Shown: positions 35,390-48,800 of the stretch, in pieces | Layout: every line of letters starts with the position of its first letter | Numbering within the stretch: the stretch's first letter is position 1 | Origin: Octopus bimaculoides | Lineage: Eukaryota | Reading direction: 5' to 3' | Assembly: GCF_001194135.2 (NCBI RefSeq) | Contig: NC_068990.1 | Location: forward strand, 69,503,958-69,567,957 | DNA length: 64,000 bases | Position numbers and translations under genes: made by a program | The notes under the pieces: generated by a model | Database searches by the model: none | Told to the model about the DNA's origin: nothing | Seen by the model: only the letters and a program-made list of their open reading frames with translations

Positions 35390-36973
35390 GTAATTATAAA
35401 ATCCTTGTAAAATTTTGAGCATTAAATGTTTATAAATTTAGTTCTATATGGCTAATTTTTTTCATCATTGGTCGACGGCATTGCAGAGACGGTAACCTAA
35501 GCACTTCTGTTGTGCTTGGGCTGTTTAAAAAAGCAAGTATCTAGCCCTAAATACACACATTGTCTTTCCACTCATGAATATTCCACAAAGGAAAGACAAG
35601 TTGATATGTTCACAGCATTCATGGAGCTACAGAGTGTGCCAGATGTTGGTTAAGTATAGCCGTACATATCTCCCTTAGGATCACTTCCTCTCTATTTTCT
35701 GTAGGGGTTTACTCCTTTTGCCCTTTTTTGAAATGCTTAATAATTACCTAACAAGATAGCAGGGGTTTATTATTATAGTGGGCATGGTTTGTGCAGAATC
35801 AGTCTCACTCTTTCAACCTTCAAATTTATATTGGTCTGATGCAACAAGTGCCTTTGAACCCAGTAGCTATCGGAATGAAGGATTTGTATGAAGTTACCTT
35901 CTCTTAGATGAGCAGCTAAAGAACTGAGGGGCCTCATCTACTCTGAGTTCATTGGAATGTCAGTGAGTGACTTTCTTCCGGAGGGAATTCCACGACATTC
36001 TAATCAATCTTTAGCCAGGGCCCTGACAGTGTGACTACTCTGGGTCAGAGAAGGCCTGAGAACAATAATGGATAAGAGTTGGTTTCACACTCCTCAAAAC
36101 GCCAAGTACTTCCGAAACAGAGCCCCACAATTGGATGTAGTTTAAGGTCATACCCTGGACGTTGTTCTATATATGATAAAATTAATCTGAAAAGATCATT
36201 TAAAATTCTGATGTATTTATTGTATTCTAATAAATTTTTTTTAAAAATCATAATTTATCAATTTTCAAAAAAACTAATGCTGACTTCACTTTCAAAGGAA
36301 GACATAAAAAGACAACTCATTCAAGTAAATATCATTCTATGGGTTTGTGATTTGCGAGCTAGGGTAACTAATGTGATTTTAAGGTGTATCTGGAAACCAA
36401 CTACAAAACTTATATCTAGAACTCCAGAGTTACGGTTTTTACATGGAATAAGGTGGACATGCGGAACATCAACAATTTTAAGAATAAATCAATTGACAAT
36501 TACGATGAATTATTCCATTCACCTTTTTACACACGTTAATTCTGCAAGACATAGAACTAAAATTATACCCATTTAAACTGCATGAGAATTTTATAACGAG
36601 TCTGTGTGTGTTTTTTTTCTTCTATAAATATGTGCATATGAATGTTCCTGAAGATCTTTCCTAGTTATGTGGTACCTGCTACGGTGTCTAATCCAGAGAC
36701 GTGTTTTCTTGAATAATGTACCATAATTGAACAATTGCTGTGATATCCACGTTTTATTTGTTTATTTTACTTGTTTCAGTCATTGGGCTGCCGCCATAGT
36801 GGGGTACCGTATTGAAGAGTTTAGTCGAAAAAAGAGACATCGGTGCTTTTTTTAACACCTGTTTTGTCGAACCGCTACGTCACGGGGTCGGAAACAAACC
36901 CACACTAGTTTTCAAGCGGTGACGGTGGACGAAAATAAGCACAAAGGCACACACACACACATACATACATACA

Positions 36974-37003
<30 letters not shown>

Positions 37004-37004
<1 letters not shown>

Positions 37005-37710
37005 GTAACGGGCTTTAGCGTCGGGGTCACCCAATGTAATGGGTGTTATTTATGTTGAAGAGAAAGATGATGTAGATGTCGCTGTGCTGAACTTCAAAGA
37101 ATAAGGAAAGTGGTCGAAGTTGTAGATCATATATTTTATTGCACCGTTACATATCATTTCCTAACCACGTCGGACAGGTGTGTATAAAATAAATCAGTCG
37201 AAAAGCATAGCAGGTAAAAGAGAGTTGTATTTTCTTGTACGAGAGTGTATGGTCTTAAGTTTACAGATTCTTGTTCTGGCAACAGGAAAGAAATACACAA
37301 AGTGATGCTTGTTTGAACGGCGATGGTGAACAAGTGAGAGACAAGAAAAGGGAATTGTATGGTGAAACACCATAGCGGTCGACTGCCGCGCAGAACCGCT
37401 TTCTCCCTCCCTCTCTGTGTGGTTTGCTTGGAACTGCTTGTATTTATAAGTATCCAGACCAGCTAGAAAAAGAGGTATACCGTTTTAACTGTGACTAGTG
37501 ACCTGTGGGTTAATTTATTTCATTTATTTAAACTCTTTGTAGCCTAGAAAGGTTATGGGTCAAGAGGAAAACACGTCAATCAAATGTTGGCAAGGCCATA
37601 GGTTGAACGAAACGACCTTGTTCCTAGCGAGAACAATAAAGCTGTATATTTAGGGGAAATTTTACCGATTTAGTTTCGAAACTCAGGTAGGGCCAAGCAA
37701 GGTCTCTACA
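37004..37710 (-). mobile_element. Solo LTR (707 bp)
   Basis: TGTAAC...CTCTACA ends; CATA on both flanks (inside an ATAC microsatellite, so weak as a TSD); minus-strand TATA (CTTATAAATA ~37443) and AATAAA (~37135). Confidence 0.75.
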
Positions 37711-37720
37711 CATACATACA

Positions 37721-37751
<31 letters not shown>

Positions 37752-38024
37752 TGGGGCAAGTGTCTACTACAATAAACCCGGGCCGACCAATGCCATTGGA
37801 GTGAATTTATTAGATGGAAACTGAATGGAAGCTTGTGGTATATATATCGCCAACGAGTGGACAAATGATTCCCTCGGTCAGACGAGCCACTACCCATGAG
37901 ATTGTTGCACAAGTGGACTGTAATGACAATGAATAACAGAAGATAACGAAAGACTGAGTATTAGTGCAATCAGAAAAGGTTGGAAGTTTGCTCTGATTTA
38001 CTGGAAATGTTTGTCTTATAACTG

Positions 38025-39251
38025 TGTAGTGAAACTACCTATCGCCATTAGATACAAAACTGCTATCGCCATTCTTCTCATTTAAATATAAACAAGCGCG
38101 AGCGTAGCGGAAAACATCAACCTTGTCATCACGTGACTGATCATTATTCGAATCGGCAACTTCTTCGAACCGTTCCCGCCAGAACGCAAACTGACCAATC
38201 ACGGCCCCTAATAAGGTCACGTGATAGAGTGTTTTTCTACTACCGTCTGGGAGCCCCCTGAATGCTTTAAATAGCAACTCATACNNNNNNNNNNNNNNNN
38301 NNNNNNNNNNNNNNNNNNNNNNNNNNNNNNNNNNNNNNNNNNNNNNNNNNNNNNNNNNNNNNNNNNNNNNNNNNNNNNNNNNNNNNNNNNNNNNNNNNNN
38401 NNNNNNNNNNNNNNNNNNNNNNNNNNNNNNNNNNNNNNNNNNNNNNNNNNNNNNNNNNNNNNNNNNNNNNNNNNNNNNNNNNNNNNNNNNNNNNNNNNNN
38501 NNNNNNNNNNNNNNNNNNNNNNNNNNNNNNNNNNNNNNNNNNNNNNNNNNNNNNNNNNNNNNNNNNNNNNNNNNNNNNNNNNNNNNNNNNNNNNNNNNNN
38601 NNNNNNNNNNNNNNNNNNNNNNNNNNNNNNNNNNNNNNNNNNNNNNNNNNNNNNNNNNNNNNNNNNNNNNNNNNNNNNNNNNNNNNNNNNNNNNNNNNNN
38701 NNNNNNNNNNNNNNNNNNNNNNNNNNNNNNNNNNNNNNNNNNNNNNNNNNNNNNNNNNNNNNNNNNNNNNNNNNNNNNNNNNNNNNNNNNNNNNNNNNNN
38801 NNNNNNNNNNNNNNNNNNNNNNNNNNNNNNNNNNNNNNNNNNNNNNNNNNNNNNNNNNNNNNNNNNNNNNNNNNNNNNNNNNNNNNNNNNNNNNNNNACT
38901 GACTCTCTTTCTATCTGCTGTAATATCTCACATACACATTCATGTATCACTCACATACACACTTTTCTTTGTCCGACGGCCTGTCTTTGATTATGTTCTT
39001 ATATGTCGCATTCACACTCTCACATACACATACATCTTTAACGCTACAATAAATATCTCTGTTATTCATCTTATACGGTTGTGGTCTTTCATTACTGGTC
39101 ATCTATGTTATCGTAGTATAACATATCATGTATATCATCTTAGATATGTTATTTTGTGTTCGACCGTGTGACACGTTTAAATAAAAGGAGTCCTCTGTTT
39201 TTCCATTCGTCACCATTTCTCCTTTTATGAGTTCGCACGGCCGTTCTTACA
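38025..39251 (+). mobile_element. Solo LTR containing a gap, 4-bp TSD
   Basis: TGTAGTG...CTTACA ends; ACTG at 38021-38024 and 39252-39255; CCAAT, TTTAAATA and AATAAA motifs inside. Confidence 0.8.
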
Positions 39252-39621
39252 ACTGTTTACTTGTTAGCCACGCATAAAATGATAACTCTCACGAACAATT
39301 AACAGAAGCTTTATTTACTGCACATAGTGTTTTCTGTGTTGACCTTTGAATGAAGAATAAAAAAGAACAACTTATACTCACTGGGAGAGACAAACTCTGG
39401 TATCCACGACAAAATAGCTGGAACATGTTGATCTGTGACTAGTCCATCACATTTGGGGAAATATCATGCTAAATTCATGACGGCTAATCTGTACCTTCAA
39501 TCTGTACAGCTGGTAAATGGGGAAAGAATAAGAGTGGAGTTGTTAAAACAACTGTCTCAGCATTCTGAAGTTACCTCCAAAAATCCACTTTTTATAAGAC
39601 TCATTCGAAGGTTCTAGAAAG

Positions 39622-39681
39622 TCGAATCACGTGATAACTCGACGCTGATTGGTTAGTTAATCAGCCGATCACGTGAATCGA
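39622..39681. promoter_or_regulatory. Quasi-palindromic element with two TCACGTGA E-boxes and a CCAAT box
   Basis: TCACGTGA at 39627-39634 and 39669-39676; CTGATTGGTT at 39645-39654; arms are approximately inverted. Confidence 0.4.
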
Positions 39682-39789
39682 AAGTGATTTCAGCGTGGAA
39701 TTCGCTGGCTTGTCTCGCGATTCGATTTTGAATCTGCTACATGTTTAAAGGCAATGAAGACACGTTTCTTTCTTTCCTTTTTGTTTTCG

Positions 39790-40025
39790 GTATGGTGACA
39801 GGGAATGAAATGTGAGCGTATCTTTACGATTTGATAATGAAGACTGAAGTCATAGAATGGCGTCATGCCTCTTCTTCAAGATCTAAGGAGATCAAGGGCC
39901 AGTGACTGGCAAAGTCAATGTGAGTGTTTTGGGGATGTTTTAGGGAATGGCAATCCTTGATTTTATGGAAAGTGACTGCACCATGAATAGCAAACAGTAC
40001 ACTGAGACTCTCAAAAAGCGTAGAG
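39790..40025 (+). mobile_element. mariner transposase fragment
   Basis: VTGNE(M)*AYLYD...EWRHASS..K...VFW...DFMESDCTMNSKQYTETLK matches the mariner VTGDETW...YDPE...WRH region, frameshifted. Confidence 0.7.
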
Positions 40026-40480
40026 AAGCGCAGGTGTGGTTGTGTGTTAAGAAGCTTGTTTCCCAACCGCGTGATTCTGGGTTCAGTCCCACTGCGTAAT
40101 ACCTTGGGCAAATGTCTTCTACTATAACCTCGAGCCAACCAGAGCCTTGTGAATGGATTTGGTGGATAGAAACTGAAAGAAGCCCCTCGTATATATGCGT
40201 GTGTGTGTGTGAGTGTATGTGTGTGTGTGTGTCTAGGTGTGGGAGGTGCGTGCGTGTGAGTGCAGGTGTGTGTGTGAGAGTTATTTCCTTCCCGCTTGAC
40301 AACCAGTGTTGGTGTGTTTGCGTCTCCATAACTGAGCGGTTCGGCAAAAACGACCGATAGAATAAATACTGGGCTTTTAAAAATTAAGTCCTGGGGGCCG
40401 ATTTATTCCACTAACACTCTTCAAAACAGTGCGGAAGCATGGCCGCATTCGAATGAATGAAACCAGAAAAAGTTAAACGA
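40025..40480 (+). mobile_element. SINE family A, full-length
   Basis: GCGCAGGTGTGGTTGTGTG...GGGTTCAGTCCCACTGCG...CCTTGGGCAAATGTCTT...GCATGGCCGC..GAAACC. Confidence 0.85.
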
Positions 40481-40813
40481 TAAAAAGTAATTAAGAGGAA
40501 GAGATCGTGTAAGACTGTAAAAACGGTCCACATTCACCTTCAGAATTCATAATCACATACATCTTAAGCAAAAAAAAACAACAAATAATCGGCAAACTGA
40601 ACCGGTTAGTGTTCCCCCATTCACCATAAAGCCCGGATTTAAGCTTTAACACTCGACATATAATGTATAAAATTATGTAATGTACTATAAAATAGTAATT
40701 AAGGTAATTTTATTAATCTTAGAAGTCATTAAGTGTAAACAATGGTAATAAAATACACTATAAAACTGTAATTAAATCAGTTTAATTGGGCTCTGTGTTT
40801 TATGTTTATAGAA

Positions 40814-41624
40814 TCTATATATATATAAATGACAATTTCTGTCCGTCCGTCTATCTGTCCGTCTGTCTGTTACCATCTTAGTGCCTAAACCAGCGAACCA
40901 ATGTTCACGAAACATGTTCCATACATGTTCCACTAACATCCAGTTCAATACTAGGCTAATTGGATTCCAATAAAAATTTACAATGTGCTCCCCCTCACTC
41001 CCCACCCAGAGACGTTGGGCGAATTATGTGATAAAATGAGAAGGTTGCAAAAAGTATTAGTCTGATGGAGAGGTAGTAACAGAAAGAGAGGGTGAAATCT
41101 ATTAGTGAAGGTGATACCAGCGGTGTTAATTGGATGGTAACGTTACTATAACTGTCATATAAGGTAGTAACAGAGAAAGAGAGAGAGAGAGAAAGAGAGT
41201 GTGACTTCTATCAGTGAAGGCGAGAACAGCGGTAAGAATGGGATGCTAACGTTATTATAGCTGTCATATACACGTGACGCTGCACACATACTTTCGTAAA
41301 TACATAGATACTACACACACACACAAACACACACTCACACACACACACAGAAAGGGTGTGTGAAGAATACGTAGCTTTCAGAGAAACGGTATAGGTAGCT
41401 TTTCTGTTGTCCATTGCAAAGAAACACTCACAGACATACATACACACACGTACATATATATACATACATACATACACACATACATATACATACGGACGTA
41501 CGTTCGTACATACATACATGCATACATACATACATACATATGTCTACTATACACCATCTTAAACTCGTGATTACCTGTGTGTACGTTTGTAACTCTGTGT
41601 GTGTGTGTATATGTGTGTGCGTGC

Positions 41625-41661
<37 letters not shown>

Positions 41662-42290
41662 NNNNNNNNNNNNNNNNNNNNNNNNNNNNNNNNNNNNNNN
41701 NNNNNNNNNNNNNNNNNNNNNNNNNNNNNNNNNNNNNNNNNNNNNNNNNNNNNNNNNNNNNNNNNNNNNNNNNNNNNNNNNNNNNNNNNNNNNNNNNNNN
41801 NNNNNNNNNNNNNNNNNNNNNNNNNNNNNNNNNNNNNNNNNNNNNNNNNNNNNNNNNNNNNNNNNNNNNNNNNNNNNNNNNNNNNNNNNNNNNNNNNNTT
41901 GCTATTTACTTTTTCCAGAAAAGTTGCAGAAAAATGTTACTGACATTTAAAGTTTAATCAATTTTACCTAATCATAAAACAGGATTTGGAAGCTGGCAGT
42001 TTCTGCATGATAGCTGTCTATCACGAAATGAAAGCAAAATCATTGGGAGTTGTAAGAACTTCTGAAGGTTTAATGAATAAAGTCATGTGAAACGGTCGAA
42101 CAGACATGTAAATAATTCAAAAAGGAAAAAAAATCCTCAACGAAGTAATTTGGCGAAAAATTGCACAAATCTGTCCTGATTAGGAGGCCTATCTGACGGG
42201 GAAGGCATGCTCTGATATGGAATAAATAAAAATTTATATAAGACATTCTATTGTAAAAATTGCCTGGCAACGACGGGCTATTCAGCTGGT
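40814..42290 (+). mobile_element. Non-autonomous Helitron-like element
   Basis: 5' A|TCTATATATATATAAATG followed by (GTCC/GTCT)n; 3' hairpin GCCTGGCAACGACGGGC followed by TATTCAGCTGG|T. That both ends belong to one element is inferred. Confidence 0.5.
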
Positions 42291-43784
42291 ATACTATAAA
42301 GCGGTAATTGCCAGTCTAATTAAACTTAATAGTCGTCACGTGTAAACAATGTTTATAATTATAACTAACGCGTGTCGGCTTGGACTGGTGCAGTCTCTAC
42401 GTCATATTCGGTTTATAGTGGAGACGAAAGTCAATATCGTTACGGCTATTCATCTCAAACGACCCCCGACAAATTTATCAGAAATTTTATGTATTTTGCC
42501 ATTAAAAGTGGATGTTAATACTATAATACCTGAGAGATATTCTAAAAATTAACATTTTTATTTTTTCCAGGCTGAGACGTTAACAATGTTTAGGGGGCGG
42601 GGCTCATCATTATTGTGGGTCTTAATCATTAAATCACCGTGTGTAGTATATGATATTAGTCAGGCTGCGTGTGAAGGTGAGAACGATCACTCTAATATTT
42701 ATATGTTTCCATATTTCTTTTTTTATTACCTGGATCATTTATACTTGTATAACAATTATTTGAATAAAGCAACAAACATGAAATTGTGAATGTGATAGTT
42801 AAAAGTGTTCGTAGCATAAAGAGTTATTTTAGTTATTTACATGAAAATTGTTCATAGCTATTAAAGGCAGAATAAGTAGAAAAAGTGAGAACACCTTATC
42901 ACAAAACTGATTGAGTTCTGGATAGCATTTAAGGTTGTTATCAAAGAGTTCGATATTCCAGTTTTTTATAACAGTCAGTCAGAACTTTTTGAACCTTCGA
43001 TTAAATTATTTGGCTGGAAAATTCACAAAACTTACTTTCAGGTTTACTGTAATCTGGTTATACGCTAACCAATCTGATTAATTGAACCATGTTCACAAAG
43101 GCTTTCATGCCTTTTATAGTGACAGTTTATTTTTCTCGTTGATTTTTACCTTTTATGGTAATATAGTTGGACAGCGGTTCTAAACTTTGGATCTGAGAGA
43201 GAAGGTTCAAAATTTCGCAGAAACATTGCAACAAATGTATAGAATATTTATTGCTTTTCGAAACCATCAAATAAAAATATCAGTAAATAATATAAGAGAA
43301 TATGAATGGTTAAAATCATAAGTTAATCAGAACTCTTCGTGTAATTGGAATAATAAATTGAAAATAAACACCCTCGATTAATGTATCAAACGGAATACTT
43401 ATTTTATTCAGCTTTAGTCTTAAAAGCTAAAGTCTAAAAACCTATTATATGATCCACTACTCGGGATGGGTTATGATGCAGTTGGAAACTGCGCTGGAGG
43501 CTGTCTGAATGATTAATCAATATTGTCAACGCTGTTAAAAAGCATGCACTAAACACGTGGCTGTTTCGTGATTTATTTGAGGATGGGAAAGCTGAATATT
43601 CAGACCGCATTATTTTAAAAACAGAAGTGGCTTTTACGTAGAAACGTCCTTAGTAGCGTTTGGGCTCTCACAGTTACTATCAACTCTCACATTTACTAGG
43701 TTTCTGGTAAATAAAAAGTATGTTTCTACAGGTAAGTTCTGTAATTCCACTTGGCTGGTTCTTACATTACCAATAATCTTAACA

Positions 43785-43960
43785 GACATACCCTTTACCC
43801 ATCACCCTTTACAAACGTACAAAAATACCCCGTTGACGTTGTTGAAATTCCAATGAAAGTGCCTTGGATCTAGATTAGAAGCCGGCTCTTTCTCTATTGG
43901 CAAGAAATCTTGAAATAAAACTGAAAAATGACATACATACATGCATACATACATACAGTA
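43785..43960 (+). mobile_element. 3' UTR fragment of the R4/Dong-type LINE, ending in (ATAC)n
   Basis: GTTGAAATTCCAATGAA..CCTTGGATCTAG.TTAGAA..CTCTATTGGCAAGAAATCTTGAA..AATGAC(ATAC)n; same as 52141-52230 and 53435-53560. Confidence 0.75.
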
Positions 43961-44849
43961 TGTGTCGTATTTTGCGTACTAGTCCAACTCTGGTTGAGCA
44001 GAGCTATGATGAAAGTCATTCCAACTGAGACCATAGTATTTTTTTTTCTGTGCATACAATGGAAAGTTTTATTATCCAACGTGTCCTTTTTAAAGATAGT
44101 CGGATGTGATTTAAGTAAAATATGGCTACTATTTCTAGCAGGTCGAGCAACCACATAGAAAGCGTCTAGTGGTGACCAGAGGGTGGGGGTGCAGATGAAT
44201 CCGGTCAAAGCATGCTTGTTGCTGTTCCTCAGCATTCGTTGTTGTGGTGAGCGTCTCAACACAGGTGTTTGTAGCAGCTGTGTTTGTGTCAATATCTTGT
44301 TCTTAATGCGTATCCGGGCTGAATGGGAAAGATAGTGTTGTTAAAATAGTGCTCTGAGGTGTTTTTTAAGTGCCTGGATGTTTAGGAGTAGCTTTTCATG
44401 TAGTGACAAGACTGCAATTCTTGCTTTAGCAGCACACTAACACACTGTATCCCTAATATGTCCAAGTAGTCTTTCTTCAGTAACATTTCCTCTACTTCAC
44501 GTTCATCACAACGTGAAGAATTAGAAAAAGAAAAAACAAACACATCGGAGAGAACATTTCTAAGTTCACCTTTCGAGATATGTTGAAACCCTATTTGTAC
44601 TGACAGACATTGAGGTACTTAACTGTTCTGCTTAGTATCACCTTCACGAACTCGTTGGATATACGTCTTTTGTAAGGTATATCGCCAGCTGTTCATCATT
44701 TTCTCTTGTAAAGAAAAAGAAAGAGGTGAGGAGAATCGCAAGGAAACAACAGTAGAAGCAAGACCTATAGGCCGTTGCAGGGAATACAGTAAGAACATAG
44801 AGCAAGGCTGCTGCTGGAGTACCAACGGTCTTCATTCCATTCTCATCAT

Positions 44850-45120
44850 CAGCAATAATGACCGCTGAAAAGAGAGAGTTCTAAGCAACAATGTGTCACA
44901 TAGGAGTGTGTCTCCTTGTCTGAGGGCTTTGTCCAAAACCGGACAAGGAGAAAAGTGTAAGCGACATACTTCTACCTTGCGAAAAGGAGACGAACGCTCA
45001 GTATTTCCACAAACAGACAAATGAAGGAAGCCATGGCCAATATTAAAAACAGTGTCATGGCCATCGATCGGGACAAAGCATACGGAAGTGTCTGATTAGT
45101 GTTCATAACCGAGGCTTAGG
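44850..45120 (+). mobile_element. Degenerate R4-clade RT fragment
   Basis: NRQMKEAMANIKNSVMAIDRDKAYGSV resembles the RT motif ..MAWIDYxKAYDSV. Confidence 0.4.
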
Positions 45121-45619
45121 CGATACGATAAGCAGAGATCACGTGACATACACCTACTCATAAATTCATAGCAATGCATAGGCCTGTGCAATACAAGGGT
45201 GACAGTCAGAGGAGTTGACAGATATATCGATCGCTGACTTGCCGTCACCTTTCATGTGAAATAGGGCTGAGTGATGAATGCAAAGATAACGGAAAATGAT
45301 ATCTATTCGCGGTAGTCTTTACAACCTCTGAAAACGATATGGTCTTTCGGCGCTGTGCCTCGTCGTGGATACAGGAGCACAAATAATAAGAGTAGCGGTG
45401 AAAGGAGATAAGATGAGCTGTTAGACTTGTGACTGTAAGGTCCACATGAGGAATAAGAAAGAACGAACATGGCGCTCAATAGCAGCAGAACTAGCAACGG
45501 CAGTAGGAATCAGAGGTCGCTGTTTCGAAAGCAATGTCAGTCGGAAATAATTTTCGAAGTGATCAAAATTAAAATCTTTCCAGTGATGTCATTCCTTCTC
45601 GAGAGAATGGAGAATCAAT

Positions 45620-46045
45620 GGACATCATCATCATCATCATCATCGTAATCGCCGTCATCATCGCTGTTTTCCTCCTTTTTATCTTGACCATCATCAACAT
45701 CATCATCTCATTGTTATCGTCATCGTCGTTCCTGTCACCATCATCATCGCCACCCTCGTCGTTGTCGTCGTCGTCGACGTCCTCCTCCACCTCCTCCTCC
45801 TCCTCCTTGTTATAATCATTATTATCATCATTATCATCATTGTCATCATGACTATGATCGCATTCGTCATTGATCGTCATTTGTTGTCATCGAAGTCAAT
45901 TAATATAATTATAAGGCCATCATATTGTTCAGGAAGCAATCAACCAAACAATGGCCGGGTCTATTCAACTTGTGCAACTACAACAACAGCATCATCATCA
46001 TTATCATCATCACCATGAACAACAACAACAACAACAACAACACCA
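45620..46045. repeat. Compound (ATC)/(GTC)/(CTC)/(AAC) trinucleotide repeats
   Basis: Directly visible. Confidence 0.9.
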
Positions 46046-46514
46046 GATTTGTGGTTATATTTGTATTTAAGTCACTGTTGAATCACAACAGCCAGCCTTA
46101 ATGAGAGACATCTAACATGTAACACTCAGTAACGAGACGGCGAAAGTGGATCTGATTAAATTCTATTAACAACATATATTGTTATTGCTGTAGCTGTTTA
46201 GACCAGGGCGAACTTGATAAAGTAGACCAACGATCAAACGATTCCAGCCGTGACCATCCTCGTCGTTTTCGCTCAGTTGCCCTGTTTCTAATGCTGCATT
46301 ATATGGTACAAATGAGACAAAGTACTTTACTGATATCGAGCTGTGAGAAGTGGAGTTGAATAATTAATATTAACATGTTGTTGTTGCTGTTGTTGTTGTT
46401 GTTGTGTAGTTCGTGTCAGTCATGACTAAGCAAATCTACAATGAAAAAGATTTCAGCCATGGCTAGTCATGTCGTGTTTTCAGGCACACTGTATCTAATA
46501 TTGCATAGAAGAAA

Positions 46515-46735
46515 GCAGGCGGCGTGCTGGCTGAATCGTCAGAACACCGGGCTAAATGTTAAGCAGCATTTCGTCCGACTTTACGTTCTGAGTTCAAATT
46601 CCACCAAAGTCAAGTTTACCTTTCATACTTTCGGGGTCGATAAAATAAGTATCAGCTGAGCACTGGGGTCGGTGTAATCGACTTATCCGCACTCCTCTGA
46701 AATTACTGGCTTTGTGCCAAAATTTGAAATGGAAA
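46515..46735 (+). mobile_element. SINE family B, full-length
   Basis: GGCGGCGTGCTGGCTGAATCG...GTTCTGAGTTCAAATTCC...CCTTTCATACTTTCGGGGTCGATAAAATAAGTA...AAAATTTGAAA. Further copies at 51570-51730, 55235-55450, 55850-56025, 56165-56300 (+) and 58975-59125 (-). Confidence 0.85.
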
Positions 46736-46959
46736 CACATCAATCACTGTTGCCTCTTGAGAGGACAAAGAAAGTTCCCGCTGTCTTTGCAAGCAACAAG
46801 CGGGTGGATTTGGTTTTAAATCCAGGCAGGGGCAAACGAGATCTTACTAGTTATTTTTGATAAGGACGTTATATTGGGGGTGAAAGAATGACGCGTACAA
46901 TATTAAATAGGCTAAGACAATCTGAAAACAAAATAAACTTCTAAACGTTTACCGGTTTT

Positions 46960-47120
46960 TATGAAATTTTAGGGTTAACGGACTTGAGTTAACGGAAGAT
47001 GAATGTAACGGAAGTTAATTATTCCGATAATGATTTTCAAAGTTGATTTAAAGTTAAATCGTTAACGAAAATGTTAACTTCGTTAATTAACGATTAACGG
47101 ATTAACGGACTTACTCCCAG

Positions 47121-47126
<6 letters not shown>
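46960..47126 (-). mobile_element. hAT-like transposon end with TTAACG subterminal repeats
   Basis: Terminal CATAGCTGGGAGTAAG and about ten TTAACG(G) motifs; partner end not found. Confidence 0.5.
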
Positions 47127-47161
<35 letters not shown>

Positions 47162-47700
47162 GATATAGGTGTGTGTGTGTGTGTGTGTGTGTGTTATTGT
47201 GTCTGTGTTTAATCCCACCACTGCTTGACAACTGGCGTTAGTGTGTCTACGTCCCTGTAACTTAGCATTTCGACAAAACAGACCGATAGAATTAGTACCA
47301 GGCTTTAAAAGAAGGATGGAGTCGATTAATTCAACTAAAAAATCTTAAAGGCAGTGCTCCAGCATGGTTGCAGTTTGACGACTGAAACAAGTNNNNNNNN
47401 NNNNNNNNNNNNNNNNNNNNNNNNNNNNNNNNNNNNNNNNNNNNNNNNNNNNNNNNNNNNNNNNNNNNNNNNNNNNNNNNNNNNNNNNNNNNNNNNNNNN
47501 NNNNNNNNNNNNNNNNNNNNNNNNNNNNNNNNNNNNNNNNNNNNNNNNNNNNNNNNNNNNNNNNNNNNNNNNNNNNNNNNNNNNNNNNNNNNNNNNNNNN
47601 NNNNNNNNNNNNNNNNNNNNNNNNNNNNNNNNNNNNNNNNNNNNNNNNNNNNNNNNNNNNNNNNNNNNNNNNNNNNNNNNNNNNNNNNNNNNNNTCTCTC

Positions 47701-47744
<44 letters not shown>

Positions 47745-47769
47745 AAATCTCTTTTACGCTCACTCCCTC

Positions 47770-48190
47770 TGCCGGTACGAGGTAAAGCGTGACTGGAGAA
47801 ATCAACCAACTGACACTGATATCAGCTATCATTATGCAGAGAGCGAGATACAAATACATTGTCAGTCAATGTACAAGCTTCTGTTTCTTCGTTCTCATTT
47901 TCGGTAAACGCGGTCAATATTACAATTGATGTGGAAGTTTCTGGAAGCAGTCGGCATGACTTCCAATCAATTAGCTGCAATGTTAACATTAGTACTGCTA
48001 CATCAAACCTATTGTCAATCATTGATTTGTTGTACAACAGAGTCCCGGCTACCAAGAGTTTGTTCATTCTAGTATAACAGTCCTTAGTTACGCGATCCTT
48101 TTTTGCAAGTGCCAATAAACTTTGTGTGTTCGTTCGTCTCAAGATGTTTCCAGCATTCGTCACCGGATATTGGAGAAATAACCAGGCCAT
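47770..48190 (-). mobile_element. Possible decayed transposase C-terminus (MULE-like RTN motif) with a RING-like remnant
   Basis: ILRRTNT...YTRMNKLL...EETEACTLTDNVFVSRSLH; weak resemblance only. Confidence 0.25.
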
Positions 48191-48584
48191 TGATGGAGAT
48201 GTTGCCAGACCTGTAATTTTTCCTTGCTTTATAATGCTTTCGCTCTTAAAAATATGTTACAATTCTTCTTAATCTCAAGGCTGTGTTGTGTTCCCTACTC
48301 TCGTTTCCCTAGAGAATAATGCCGTCGCTTTTTCATATATATATATATGTATANNNNNNNNNNNNNNNNNNNNNNNNNNNNNNNNNNNNNNNNNNNNNNN
48401 NNNNNNNNNNNNNNNNNNNNNNNNNNNNNNNNNNNNNNNNNNNNNNNNNNNNNNNNNNNNNNNNNNNNNNNNNNNNNNNNNNNNNNNNNNNNNNNNNNNN
48501 NNNNNNNNNNNNNNNNNNNNNNNNNNNNNNNNNNNNNNNNNNNNNNNNNNNNNNNNNNNNNNNNNNNNAACAAATTTACCTTAA

Positions 48585-48800
48585 TATAGGGTAGTAATTA
48601 CAGCTTGAATTCTACAAGGTATGGACTCCTACAAAGTTCGAATTGTTTCCAAAGGAATTTTTGTCCATTCTTCAGCTAAAACAGTCTCAAGTCCTTGTAG
48701 TGATGATGATGGTGGAGAATATTGACTCCTCACTTGTTTTTCTAAAACGGACTATAAATGTTCAATAATATTGAGATCTGGGAACTGTGGTGGCCAGATA
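48585..48800 (-). mobile_element. Tc1 transposase C-terminal fragment
   Basis: CLIWPPQFPDLNIIEHL*SVLEKQV...LAEEWTKIPLETIRTL*ESIPCRIQAVI. Confidence 0.85.
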
